DNA of 64,000 bases from an uncultured Spirochaetales bacterium (GTDB lineage: Bacteria; Spirochaetota; Spirochaetia; SZUA-6): the NCBI GenBank assembly GCA_964596425.1, contig CAZQTC010000007.1:10294-74293 (forward strand), read 5' to 3'. Position numbers and translations under genes: made by a program. The notes below the pieces were generated by a model. It saw only the letters and a program-made list of their open reading frames with translations. It made no database searches and was not told the DNA's origin. Position 1 is the first letter of the stretch. Every line of letters begins with the position of its first letter. Shown here piece after piece: positions 1-8,828 of the stretch.

Positions 1-6
1 GCAATA

Positions 7-999
7 CTAACGATACTTCTCTTTTACCATCTCTTCTACTAGCTTAACATTACTCTTATCGACAATTGAGGGACCTGTTAAAACATTACCATGAGGGATA
101 AGGCCATACTTGTTGTACAGCACGAGGAAACCTATAGGCAAATATCCCTGGAGATACTGCTGCTGTTCCACCGTGAATACCATTTTTCCATCCTCTATAG
201 CCTTAATTATAGTATTTGTCAGATCAACGGCAGCCAATTTAACCTTTCCTATAAGTCCCTTATCCTCCAAGAGTTTCAGTGCCGGATGCGCACCAAGAGG
301 ACCAACGGTAAACACCACATCGGTATCCGGATGTTTCGTGAGATAGGCATCAAGAACCTGATAGTTCTCCGAAGCATTGGGAGAACCCGCTAACTTATCA
401 ACCGGAATCCCCTCTGCAGAGAAAACTTCTATAAATCCTTTAGCTCTCGCCTCAAGTCCTGCATGTCCTACCTCGTGTATAAGAATCACCGCACGTTTGG
501 GCTTGGTAGAACCAAACTCCTGAAGCATTCGCTTTGCCGCCTCAATTCCAACCTTATAATCATCCGCTCCCACATAACAGAGATATGGAATGCGGTGTTT
601 AAAATCCCTCGTATCAGGAACATTTATTGCAACAACAGGAATCCCTTTTTTAATCGCATCTTTTAAGGGTTTATCAAGAGCTTTCGCATCGGTAATTGTT
701 ACAACAAGGCCATCCGGTTTCGCAGCAATTGCCGTCTCTACCATATCAACAAGCTTCTGAATAGAAAACTTTTCCGGGCCAAGGTAGGTAACATCACAGT
801 TAAACATTTTACCGGCATCCTCTGCTCCCCTCATTACCACTCCCCAGAATGGATCTGCAGGACCCCCGTGTGTTACCACATAGAACTTCATTCTCTTTCC
901 AGAGGGCTTAAGAGCCTCTTTTTTCCCGGAAGCGAACACACCGACACTCAGAGAAAAAATAAGTCCAAGTGCCAGAAGAACGGTTAAAAATTTTTTCAT
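7..999 (-). CDS. Periplasmic sugar-binding protein, PBP type I (RbsB/LacI-fold-like), with signal peptide
   Basis: N-terminal signal peptide MKKFLTVLLALGLIFSLSVGVFASG. Overall resemblance to ribose/monosaccharide periplasmic binding proteins (GIPVVAINVP, YVGADDY). It is the last visible gene of the CBS / ABC-HK fusion / sigma-54 RR operon, and the gene runs to the window edge. Confidence 0.7.
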   Translation of the reverse strand: MKKFLTVLLALGLIFSLSVGVFASGKKEALKPSGKRMKFYVVTHGGPADPFWGVVMRGAEDAGKMFNCDVTYLGPEKFSIQKLVDMVETAIAAKPDGLVVTITDAKALDKPLKDAIKKGIPVVAINVPDTRDFKHRIPYLCYVGADDYKVGIEAAKRMLQEFGSTKPKRAVILIHEVGHAGLEARAKGFIEVFSAEGIPVDKLAGSPNASENYQVLDAYLTKHPDTDVVFTVGPLGAHPALKLLEDKGLIGKVKLAAVDLTNTIIKAIEDGKMVFTVEQQQYLQGYLPIGFLVLYNKYGLIPHGNVLTGPSIVDKSNVKLVEEMVKEKYR

Positions 1000-1234
1000 A
1001 AAAACCTCCTTAATTTTTTTTTGCAGTTGTCTTTTGTACTACATGCATATCTATAAGCAAAACTTATACCAATACCGCATTATATTTCTCTCGGAAAAAC
1101 ACGCAGACATTGTGAGCGTTATCTATTTACACACAAAGCAATTGCATACAGGGTTCAAGGATTGGACCTTAACAAATCCCAACAGAGAGATAAAAAGCAA
1201 AATACAAGAATATTTATTATTGCTTAAATCAGCC

Positions 1235-1264
1235 AAATTGGTGGTGGATTTCAACCACCAATTT
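1235..1264. terminator. Perfect 11-bp inverted repeat (AAATTGGTGGT-N8-ACCACCAATTT) 10 nt downstream of the regulator stop codon. Possible terminator or attenuator, or alternatively an operator.
   Basis: Stem pairing was checked base by base in the sequence. No strong U-tract follows on either strand, so its function (terminator or protein-binding palindrome) is uncertain. Confidence 0.35.
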
Positions 1265-1273
1265 GAGTTTCCA

Positions 1274-2698
1274 CTAATCCCCCTGCCTTATCCCGTACTT
1301 CTCCATACGGTAGCGAAGGGTGTTTCGGGTTATACCCAATTTTCTTGCTGCCCTGGTTACATTCCAACCGCAGGATTTAAGGGCATCTACAAGCAGTTGC
1401 TTTTCTATCTCAAAGAGAGAACCAACCCCATTCCCAAAAACCTTACCCATCCCATTTTCCTCGGTTTTTTTCTTTCCATCGCCCATATCCATAGAATCTT
1501 TAGAGGAATCCCCCTCAAGATCCAAAGTAATGTCAGATATCCCTATGACCTCCCCGGGGGTTAAAACAACTGCTCGCTCTACTATATTCTTAAGCTCCCT
1601 CACATTCCCAGGCCAGTGATAATTAAGAAAAGCCTCTCTAACCTCTCTACTTATTCCCTTTATTCTCTTCCCCGTCTCTAGAGAATACTTCTTAAGAAAA
1701 TACTCAGCTAACGGGATAATATCCTCTTTGCGTTCTCTTAAAGGAGGAATTTCCAGAGTTATTGCATTAATCCTATAGTATAAATCCTCCCTAAAAGCCC
1801 CGCTTTCAACAAGGGATTTGATATCCCGGTTTGTCGCACATATGAAGCGGGTATTTATTGTCACCACAGTGTTACTGCCAAGGGGTTCAAAACTATTCTC
1901 CTCCAATACTCTTAAAAGCTTGGGCTGAATATTCAATGGTAAATCCGCTATCTCGTCAAAGAACACCGTGCCCCCGTCGGCAATTCTAAGTTTGCCCTTA
2001 AAATCCTTTGTAGCTCCGGTAAATGCCCCCTTTTGAAACCCAAACAACTCGCTCTCAAAGAGGGTGGAGGGAATCGAAGGACAATTTATCCTTATAAAAG
2101 GCCTACTCTTAGAATCAATCAATCCCCCGATAGGTCCCCTCCTGTTTCCCAAATTATGAATCATCCTCGCAACAAGCCCCTTACCGGTACCACTCTCTCC
2201 TACAATCAAAACAGGGGTTGATACATTGGCTATCTTTTTAACCATCTCCACAACCCTGCGCATCTTTTCGCTTCTGTATATAAAATCACCCTGTTCAAAT
2301 TTTTCCCTCAATAACTTGTTCTCGTTTTCAAGATTATCAATTTTAAAGGCCTGCCGCACCGTGTGTCTTATAACATCCCTGTTGAAAGGCTTTGTGATAA
2401 AATCGAAAGCCCCTAATTTCATTGCTTTTACAGCACTCTCTATCGAACCAAAGGCAGTTATAAAGATAATCGGCATCTCTTTTCCATTTTTCTTACAGTA
2501 CTCAAGCAGATCCATACCATCGATACCGGGCATCTTTAAATCGGAAATTATCAGATCAAAGACATGATTTTTCTCAAAGAGAGAGATCGCCTCCTCACCA
2601 CTACTGGCAGTAACAACCTCGTAACCATCTTTCTCCAGGGTCATTTTGAGGACCGTACACATATTAACCTCATCGTCCACTACAAGTATGCGTTTCAT
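1274..2698 (-). CDS. Sigma-54-dependent two-component response regulator (NtrC/AtoC family)
   Basis: Receiver domain (MKRILVVDDE...DLIISDLKMPGIDG). AAA+ sigma-54 activator core with Walker A GESGTGKGLVARMIH and the GAFTGA sigma-54 contact loop. C-terminal Fis-type HTH (TRAARKLGITRNTLRYRMEKYGI). About 10 aa are inserted (IGGLIDSKSR) between Walker A and the NCxxIP segment. Confidence 0.9.
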   Translation of the reverse strand: MKRILVVDDEVNMCTVLKMTLEKDGYEVVTASSGEEAISLFEKNHVFDLIISDLKMPGIDGMDLLEYCKKNGKEMPIIFITAFGSIESAVKAMKLGAFDFITKPFNRDVIRHTVRQAFKIDNLENENKLLREKFEQGDFIYRSEKMRRVVEMVKKIANVSTPVLIVGESGTGKGLVARMIHNLGNRRGPIGGLIDSKSRPFIRINCPSIPSTLFESELFGFQKGAFTGATKDFKGKLRIADGGTVFFDEIADLPLNIQPKLLRVLEENSFEPLGSNTVVTINTRFICATNRDIKSLVESGAFREDLYYRINAITLEIPPLRERKEDIIPLAEYFLKKYSLETGKRIKGISREVREAFLNYHWPGNVRELKNIVERAVVLTPGEVIGISDITLDLEGDSSKDSMDMGDGKKKTEENGMGKVFGNGVGSLFEIEKQLLVDALKSCGWNVTRAARKLGITRNTLRYRMEKYGIRQGD

Positions 2699-2718
2699 AG
2701 TAATTTCGTCTTTCCTCC

Positions 2719-4212
2719 TTACCCCTTTACTCTGACAGAGTTAAACTTAAGTCGAAAAATTGAACCTTTATCAGGAGCGGATTGCACCTCGATACTTCCC
2801 CCGTGCTGTTCAACTATGCGTTTTACAATTGGCAGCCCCAATCCCGTACCGTTAGATTTAGTAGTATAAAAAGGCATAAAAATATGCTTTATCTCTCCCT
2901 CACCGAAACCAATTCCCTGATCCTCTACCTCGATAAAGAGATCGTCGTTAATCTCATAGGCCCTCACAGTAACCACACATCCCCTCTTAGAGGCCTCAAG
3001 AGCATTCATAATAAGATTATTCAATACCTGCTCTATTAAACGCTTATCCAGGTAGTACCTTCCCATATTGTCGCTTATCTCCACATTTATAGCAATTCCC
3101 GGGAAATTCCGCGAGGGGATACTCCTGAGAGAGTGATCTACTATCTCAGAAACAGAGCAACTCTCCCTCTCAATCTTAAGAGGCCTTGCAAAATCAAGAA
3201 AATTATTTATAGCAAGATTTAAAGAATCTATCTCATCTATTAATAATCGTGTTAATCTGTTGTAATCCTCCCTTCCGTTGGTAACCTCAAAATCATCTCT
3301 TAGCATCTCTGCCGTAACCTTCATTATACCAAGAGGATTTTTAATCTGATGAGCAACACCCGCCGCCATCTGTCTCACCGCGCCAATTCTTGAAGAGATA
3401 AGGAGCTTTTCTATACCTTCAAGATCGGTGTCTCTCCTGTCCAGGTTGGCTATACTTCTCCCGTTCTGAAGAATAACAAACCTATCGGCAACCTCAAAAA
3501 CCTCATGGGCATTATGTGTAACAAAAATTACGGAAATTCCTCTCCTCTTCGCTTTCAACACGAGGTTTAACACTTCATCCGTTTCGGATTCGGAGAGCGA
3601 AGCTGTCGGTTCATCGAGGATAAGTAGTTTTGTTCCAAAAAAACCTGCTCTTCCCACTGCAACCTTCTGCCTCTCGCCCCCGGATAGGGACTCTATCATC
3701 TTTACCACATTCCCATCGGTAAAACCATTTTCGTCGAGGAACTTCTCCGCCAAATTGTTCATCTTTTTAATATCCAGAAACTTAAACGGACCGATTCGCT
3801 TCTCAATCTCACGGCCCAAAAAAAAGTTTCTTGTAACATCAAGAAGGTCTATCAAGGCAAGGTCCTGATAAACCGTTTCAATTCCCACGCTTCTTGCATC
3901 CGCAGGACATTTAAAATTAACCCTCTTCCCTTCAAAAAATATTTTACCCCTTTCAGGTTTAACAAGACCGATAAGTGTCTTTATCAGAGTGGTTTTTCCC
4001 GCACCGTTGTCCCCCAGCAGCCCCACTATCTCACCCCGCCCAACACCGAAATTCACCCCGTCAAGAGCCACTACCTTTCCAAATCTAACGCTAATTCCTT
4101 CCATATAGACTAGAAAATTCTTGGCAGGAGTCGATCCAGAGGAAGAATGATCCCTACTATTTATCTGTTCGGAGGAAAATTCCATCACCGCGTATTTTAG
4201 CGCGGATTTCAA
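2719..4212 (-). CDS. Soluble chimeric sensor kinase: an N-terminal ABC-transporter ATPase domain fused to HisKA + HATPase_c
   Basis: Residues ~35-270 form a complete ABC nucleotide-binding domain: Walker A GDNGAGKTT, Q-loop VYQD, signature LSGGERQKV, Walker B LLILDEPT, H-loop VTHN. This is followed directly by the H-box AHQIKNPLGI (HisKA) and the catalytic domain N-box (NLIMNALEA), G1 DQGIGF and G2 GTGLGLPIVK. No TM segments are present. The annotated start is TTG; an in-frame ATG lies 9 codons downstream. Confidence 0.8.
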   Translation of the reverse strand: MKSALKYAVMEFSSEQINSRDHSSSGSTPAKNFLVYMEGISVRFGKVVALDGVNFGVGRGEIVGLLGDNGAGKTTLIKTLIGLVKPERGKIFFEGKRVNFKCPADARSVGIETVYQDLALIDLLDVTRNFFLGREIEKRIGPFKFLDIKKMNNLAEKFLDENGFTDGNVVKMIESLSGGERQKVAVGRAGFFGTKLLILDEPTASLSESETDEVLNLVLKAKRRGISVIFVTHNAHEVFEVADRFVILQNGRSIANLDRRDTDLEGIEKLLISSRIGAVRQMAAGVAHQIKNPLGIMKVTAEMLRDDFEVTNGREDYNRLTRLLIDEIDSLNLAINNFLDFARPLKIERESCSVSEIVDHSLRSIPSRNFPGIAINVEISDNMGRYYLDKRLIEQVLNNLIMNALEASKRGCVVTVRAYEINDDLFIEVEDQGIGFGEGEIKHIFMPFYTTKSNGTGLGLPIVKRIVEQHGGSIEVQSAPDKGSIFRLKFNSVRVKG

Positions 4213-4248
4213 ACTTCTTCAAATCTGTTTTTCAGAAGTGCAGCGGAG

Positions 4249-4725
4249 TTACTTCCCTTTGACAATTTTTAGATATGCTTCAATAATTTCATACATGTTT
4301 ATCTGTCCGATAAGTGCACCTCTACCATCTACAACGGGAAGTTCATTAATCTTATTCTCCATCATCACCTTTGCCACATCTTCCAGAGAATCCGTTTCAT
4401 AAACGTAAAGAGGATCCGTTCTCATTATGTCTTCTGCGGTTTTTGCACCGAACATCTTATCATACTCAAGTACATCAGAACTATACCTATCCTCAAACGC
4501 TGCTACCCAGGGAAAGAGAAAATTAACCACATCATTTAACCTGATAGAACCAATTAAACGGTTACTATCATCAACAACGTATACATGCCGCGTTCTGGTA
4601 TCGGCAATAATACTCTCAAGAACCTCTGTAGTAGATGCAGAAGCTTTTACCGTGGTAGGAACCTTTACAAGAAGGTTCCTCACATCCCTAACCTTAGTTG
4701 TTGCAAGTTTTTCTCTTGTATCCAT
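4249..4725 (-). CDS. CBS-pair (tandem CBS domain) protein
   Basis: Two CBS-like repeats (hydrophobic-x-hhD.....lvGiit..Dll pattern: RHVYVVDDSNRLIGSIRLNDVV and ELPVVDGRGALIGQINMYEII). It sits 36 bp upstream of the ABC-HK fusion gene and is probably co-transcribed with it. Confidence 0.7.
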   Translation of the reverse strand: MDTREKLATTKVRDVRNLLVKVPTTVKASASTTEVLESIIADTRTRHVYVVDDSNRLIGSIRLNDVVNFLFPWVAAFEDRYSSDVLEYDKMFGAKTAEDIMRTDPLYVYETDSLEDVAKVMMENKINELPVVDGRGALIGQINMYEIIEAYLKIVKGK

Positions 4726-5044
4726 AATTAAGCCTCACTAAACCACATAATATCCCCTCTCTAAGGAGAGCTTACAAATATCATCGTTAGCAACCTGAAC
4801 GACAAATCACTAACCATGCCCCTTAAAAATAAAACTAGTTATTTTATAGGAATCAATCAATAGGAAATTGCAAGCTTTTCAAAGAGATATTTCCTCACAA
4901 TAATAAAAAGAGGAGGAAAGGAAATTCCAACGATCCAAGCCTTCAGGAGGAATGCCTGTCAAAGATTTTCCTCAAGGCTACGGCATCGGAGAACACGGCA
5001 ATAATTTTCCCAGACTCACATCTTTCCTCCTCTTTGAAAACAAA

Positions 5045-6970
5045 CTACACAATATAATTACCTCTTTTCATATAATAAGTATGCAGGAGCTTATGGCTCA
5101 ATTCGCTACACGGTCCCTCAGTAAGAAAATCACGGTAAATTTGCACTATGTGAGGATTCTCGTGGGATTTTCTATACTCAAGTGTTTCTTCTTCGGCATA
5201 GATAGCCTCTGCACGTTTGCGCCTAATTTCAGGAGAAGTAGGAATCGGCTGTCCCCCACCTCCAAGGCACCCACCAGGACAGGCCATAAATTCGATAAAG
5301 TGACATTCACTAAACTTACCTCCCCGTTTTATATCATCCAGAACTACCCGGGCGTTGGCCGTTCCGTGTACCACGGCTACCTTTAAAGTGATTCCCCTAA
5401 GAAACTCCCAACTTTCAAAGTGACTTTTAAGAAGTGAGGGAACAGAACCCACTTCGGTAATTGGAAACTCCGCATACTTTATTCCCTCAAAACCCCGCAC
5501 CGGTTCTATTTTCATATTAGGGAATATCTCCTCTACCCTTTTACCAGTAATCAGTTCTATCACAGTCCTAAGAGCCGCCTCCATTACACCCCCGGTAGCC
5601 CCAAAGATAAGTCCAGCCCCAGAAGCCTCCCCAAAAGGCTCATCAAAATTCGATTTGGGTAAAGTAGGCAAATTCAAACCCATCTCTTTTATCATTCCGG
5701 CAAGCTCGCGAGTGGTAACAGCATAATCAACATCTTTAAATCCAGAGTCCTGCATCTCAGGTCTGTTACACTCGTACTTCTTAGCCGTACATGGCATAAG
5801 TGCTACAGTTACAATATCCTCAGGATTTATACCATGGAGCTTCGAATAGTAGGTTTTAATTATTGCTCCAAACATCTGTTGCGGACTCTTAGCACTAGAA
5901 AGATTTTCAATAAACTCAGGATAAAAATACTCACAAAACTTAACCCATCCCGGGGAACAAGAGGTGAACTGCGGAAACCGCACAGACACATCTCCATCTA
6001 CCAATAATTTTTTTAACCTGAGCAATAGTTCGGTTCCCTCTTCGATTATCGTTAAATCAGCTGTAAAATTCGTATCAAAAACCCTATCAAAACCACACCT
6101 ACGGAGCGCCGTATTAAGCTGACGGGTCACCGACGTCCCCGGCGGACATCCAAACTCCTCACCTATAGCAGCCCTTGGACTGGGAGCTGTCTGTATTACC
6201 ACATGTTTAGTAGGATCATCTATAGCCCTCCATACATCATCACTCGAATCATTTTCATGGAGTGCCCCCGTAGGACAATGAACTATACACTGACCACAAT
6301 TAATGCATACAACATCCGCAAGAGGTTTTTCCATAAAACTGCTAATCCTTAACTCATTCCCTCTGCCAACGATTCCCAATGCTCCTACACCCTGTAACTC
6401 CACACACGCCCGAACACAACGCCGGCATTGGATACACTTGTTCATATCTCTTACAATTGAATAACTTGATCTATCTAACCTATAACGCGGTATCTCGGAC
6501 TTACCAAATCTGAAAAAATCTACCCCATACTCCTTCGCAAGACTCTGAAGCTCACAGTTATTATTCTTAACACAGGTAGAACAACTACCATAATGCTCAG
6601 ATAGCAGAAGATCTAAAATGTGCCTTCTCGCTTTCCTTATCCGCGCTGAATAGGTCTTAACCTTTATGGGAGAGGTTATAGAGTACGAACAAGAGGCCTG
6701 CAAATTTCGCTCTCCCTCTATTTCTACAATACATATACGACACACCCCCGCTACGCACAGATCTTCATGATGACACAGCGTTGGAATCTGCACACCTACA
6801 CGTCTTGCAGCCTCCAACACGGTCGTACCAAAAGGCACCCTTACCTCTATGCCATCTATAGATACCCGCACGGTCCCACCAATTCCACCCGATTGCTCTT
6901 TACTCAAATTACTTCCCTGGGAAAAAGTAGAGACCATGCCGGAATCATTCGAAGAATTATATTTACCCAT
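5045..6970 (-). CDS. hydA: [FeFe]-hydrogenase catalytic subunit HydA (multidomain, group A3-like)
   Basis: N-terminal 2Fe-2S ferredoxin-like region plus two 4Fe-4S motifs (CIQCRRCVRAC, CINCGQCIVHCP). H-cluster motifs L1 TSCSPGW, L2 MPCTAKKYE and L3 EFMACPGGCLGGGGQP. The ORF track starts at a TTG at 6988. An ATG at 6968-6970, preceded by GAGGAGG-N9, is the more likely start. Confidence 0.9.
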   Translation of the reverse strand: MGKYNSSNDSGMVSTFSQGSNLSKEQSGGIGGTVRVSIDGIEVRVPFGTTVLEAARRVGVQIPTLCHHEDLCVAGVCRICIVEIEGERNLQASCSYSITSPIKVKTYSARIRKARRHILDLLLSEHYGSCSTCVKNNNCELQSLAKEYGVDFFRFGKSEIPRYRLDRSSYSIVRDMNKCIQCRRCVRACVELQGVGALGIVGRGNELRISSFMEKPLADVVCINCGQCIVHCPTGALHENDSSDDVWRAIDDPTKHVVIQTAPSPRAAIGEEFGCPPGTSVTRQLNTALRRCGFDRVFDTNFTADLTIIEEGTELLLRLKKLLVDGDVSVRFPQFTSCSPGWVKFCEYFYPEFIENLSSAKSPQQMFGAIIKTYYSKLHGINPEDIVTVALMPCTAKKYECNRPEMQDSGFKDVDYAVTTRELAGMIKEMGLNLPTLPKSNFDEPFGEASGAGLIFGATGGVMEAALRTVIELITGKRVEEIFPNMKIEPVRGFEGIKYAEFPITEVGSVPSLLKSHFESWEFLRGITLKVAVVHGTANARVVLDDIKRGGKFSECHFIEFMACPGGCLGGGGQPIPTSPEIRRKRAEAIYAEEETLEYRKSHENPHIVQIYRDFLTEGPCSELSHKLLHTYYMKRGNYIV

Positions 6971-6984
6971 CAAACTTATCCTCC

Positions 6985-8175
6985 TCAAATCTGTTTAGCA
7001 ACTACCCTACCGAGTATCTCATCTCTAAAATAGTTAACAATAGAAAGAAATGCATTCGGACTAGACTGACCAAGACCACACTTACAGGTACATTGCATCG
7101 TCCTGCCCAACTCTATAAGCTCCTCTAAATACGCAATGGAACATTTGCCTTCTTTGAGCAATCTAACACCCTCTAGCAATTTAACATTTCCCAACCGACA
7201 AGGGACACACTGCCCGCAAGACTCTTCACAGAAAAACTCAAGAAAATTCTCAGCCACGCTAAGCATATCTCTATCAGCTCCAAAAACAATAATGGAACCG
7301 CCCGTTGGGATGTCTTCATAAGCCAAAGTAGATGAAAATTCCTCTCTAGGCACACACCGACCCGAGGCTCCACCAACCTGAACTGCTTTCGCATCTTCTT
7401 TCCCAACCTCCCTCAATAACTCGCTAATAGTAATACCCATGGGAAACTCATACACCCCGGGTTTCTCTACATCCCCAGAAACACTAAAAAGCTTGGTTCC
7501 AGTTGATCCCTCCGTGCCAAATTTTTTGAACCATTCTACCCCCTTTTCAAGAAGCACAGAAACTGTGGCAAATGTCTCCACATTATTAACTATGGTAGGC
7601 ATTCCTCTAAAACCGACATTCACGGGAAAAGGAGGTTTATTTCTCGGCTCTCCCCGTTTCCCCTCAAGAGATTCTATAAGAGCAGTTTCTTCTCCACATA
7701 CATATGCCCCGGATCCCAATCTTATACCAATGTCAAAATCAAAACCATCTATGCCCATTATACCACTTCCAAGGAATCCCTCTTTGCGCCTTTTCTCCAA
7801 TACACACTCAAGATGCCGCAACAAATAAGTGTACTCGCCTCGAAGATACACAATCCCTTCACTTGCACCTATAGCAAAAGCCCCAATGGTCATACCCTCA
7901 AAAACCATATCCGCATAATCACTAAGAAGCACCCTATCCTTAAAGGTTCCCGGTTCACCTTCGTCCGCATTACATATTACATATTTCTTCTCTCCGCTCG
8001 CCGCAGCAGCTAAATTCCACTTAATCCCGGTAGGAAATCCGGCTCCACCCCTTCCCTTTAACTTACTCTCCCTTACCTCTTCAACAGTTCTATGTCTTCC
8101 CACCTTTAATGCCTTTTTCAAACCACTTTCAGGCTCGTGAACACCAAAGATTACAGGTCCTGTCTTCCCCTTCAT
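6985..8175 (-). CDS. hydB: NuoF-like NADH-binding flavoprotein subunit of the hydrogenase (HydB), minimal 396-aa form
   Basis: GRGGAGFPTGIKW NADH/FMN-binding motif. C-terminal 4Fe-4S cysteine motif (CGQCVPCRLG...). AGGAGG RBS 10 nt upstream of the ATG. It lacks the extra N- and C-terminal ferredoxin domains of the 600-aa HydB of Thermotoga-type enzymes. Confidence 0.85.
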   Translation of the reverse strand: MKGKTGPVIFGVHEPESGLKKALKVGRHRTVEEVRESKLKGRGGAGFPTGIKWNLAAAASGEKKYVICNADEGEPGTFKDRVLLSDYADMVFEGMTIGAFAIGASEGIVYLRGEYTYLLRHLECVLEKRRKEGFLGSGIMGIDGFDFDIGIRLGSGAYVCGEETALIESLEGKRGEPRNKPPFPVNVGFRGMPTIVNNVETFATVSVLLEKGVEWFKKFGTEGSTGTKLFSVSGDVEKPGVYEFPMGITISELLREVGKEDAKAVQVGGASGRCVPREEFSSTLAYEDIPTGGSIIVFGADRDMLSVAENFLEFFCEESCGQCVPCRLGNVKLLEGVRLLKEGKCSIAYLEELIELGRTMQCTCKCGLGQSSPNAFLSIVNYFRDEILGRVVAKQI

Positions 8176-8177
8176 AC

Positions 8178-8693
8178 CTAATCCGCCTCCTTTCCGTCGT
8201 ATGCAGGATCAACAGAGTTTCCTCTGCATTCCTCTATAATTTCCCTTACCCTGCCAGGGGTCAGCCTGGTGTACACCTTATCGTTAATCAACATTGCCGG
8301 TCCTTGATCGCACATTCCAAGACAGTTAACCCACTCCAGCGAAAACTCGCCATCAGGCGTGGTTTCTCCGAAGGATATACCAAGCTCATTCTCAAGCTGC
8401 CTAGCCACCCTACTCTTACCTGCCATATCACAGGCTATGGTTCGACATAACCGAATAACATAGCGGCCTTTAAGTTTTACATCAAGAAAAGAATAGAAGG
8501 AGACCACACCGGACACCTCAACAGGAGAAATGTTAAAATGCCCGGCAAGCTCCTGTATGGCAAAATCCGGGACATGTCGATATTTCCTCTGTATCTCCTG
8601 CAACACGGGTAACAATCCATCCCTTTTGGAACCAAACTTTCTTACCCAGGTTTTAATATCAGCGCTTAACTTTTCCCTTTCACATAACAACAT
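8178..8693 (-). CDS. hydC: NuoE-like thioredoxin-fold 2Fe-2S subunit of the hydrogenase (HydC)
   Basis: Typical NuoE/HoxE segments (LLPVLQEIQRKYRHVPDFAIQELAGHFNISPVEVSGVVSFYSF, and the CRTIACDMAG / CLGMCDQGPAM cysteine pairs). It is the first gene of the hydCBA operon. Confidence 0.85.
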   Translation of the reverse strand: MLLCEREKLSADIKTWVRKFGSKRDGLLPVLQEIQRKYRHVPDFAIQELAGHFNISPVEVSGVVSFYSFLDVKLKGRYVIRLCRTIACDMAGKSRVARQLENELGISFGETTPDGEFSLEWVNCLGMCDQGPAMLINDKVYTRLTPGRVREIIEECRGNSVDPAYDGKEAD

Positions 8694-8828
8694 CTACCTA
8701 CCTCCGCACTAGGAAAACAAAAATTTTCACCCTTTGTGTTACAAAATTAAAAAAAGTAACACCGTTCAATAATTCACAATATTTTATCGTGACAAAAATG
8801 TCAAGTACTTAATAAAACTCAAGAATAA

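Noticed and set aside
1034-1564. 176-aa plus-strand ORF spanning the regulator / SBP intergenic region and the 3-prime end of the regulator gene
   Set aside because: No RBS. It is antisense to a well-supported gene. The amino-acid composition is odd (many Y/H/K, low complexity). It is most likely a shadow ORF.
8694-8828. Searched the hydCBA upstream region (and 1000-1273 upstream of the SBP gene) for sigma-54 -24/-12 elements
   Set aside because: No GG-N10-GC match with TGGCAC/TTGC context was found. These promoters are probably sigma-70-type (a TTGACA is present at about 8740 on the minus strand, but spacing to a -10 is ambiguous).
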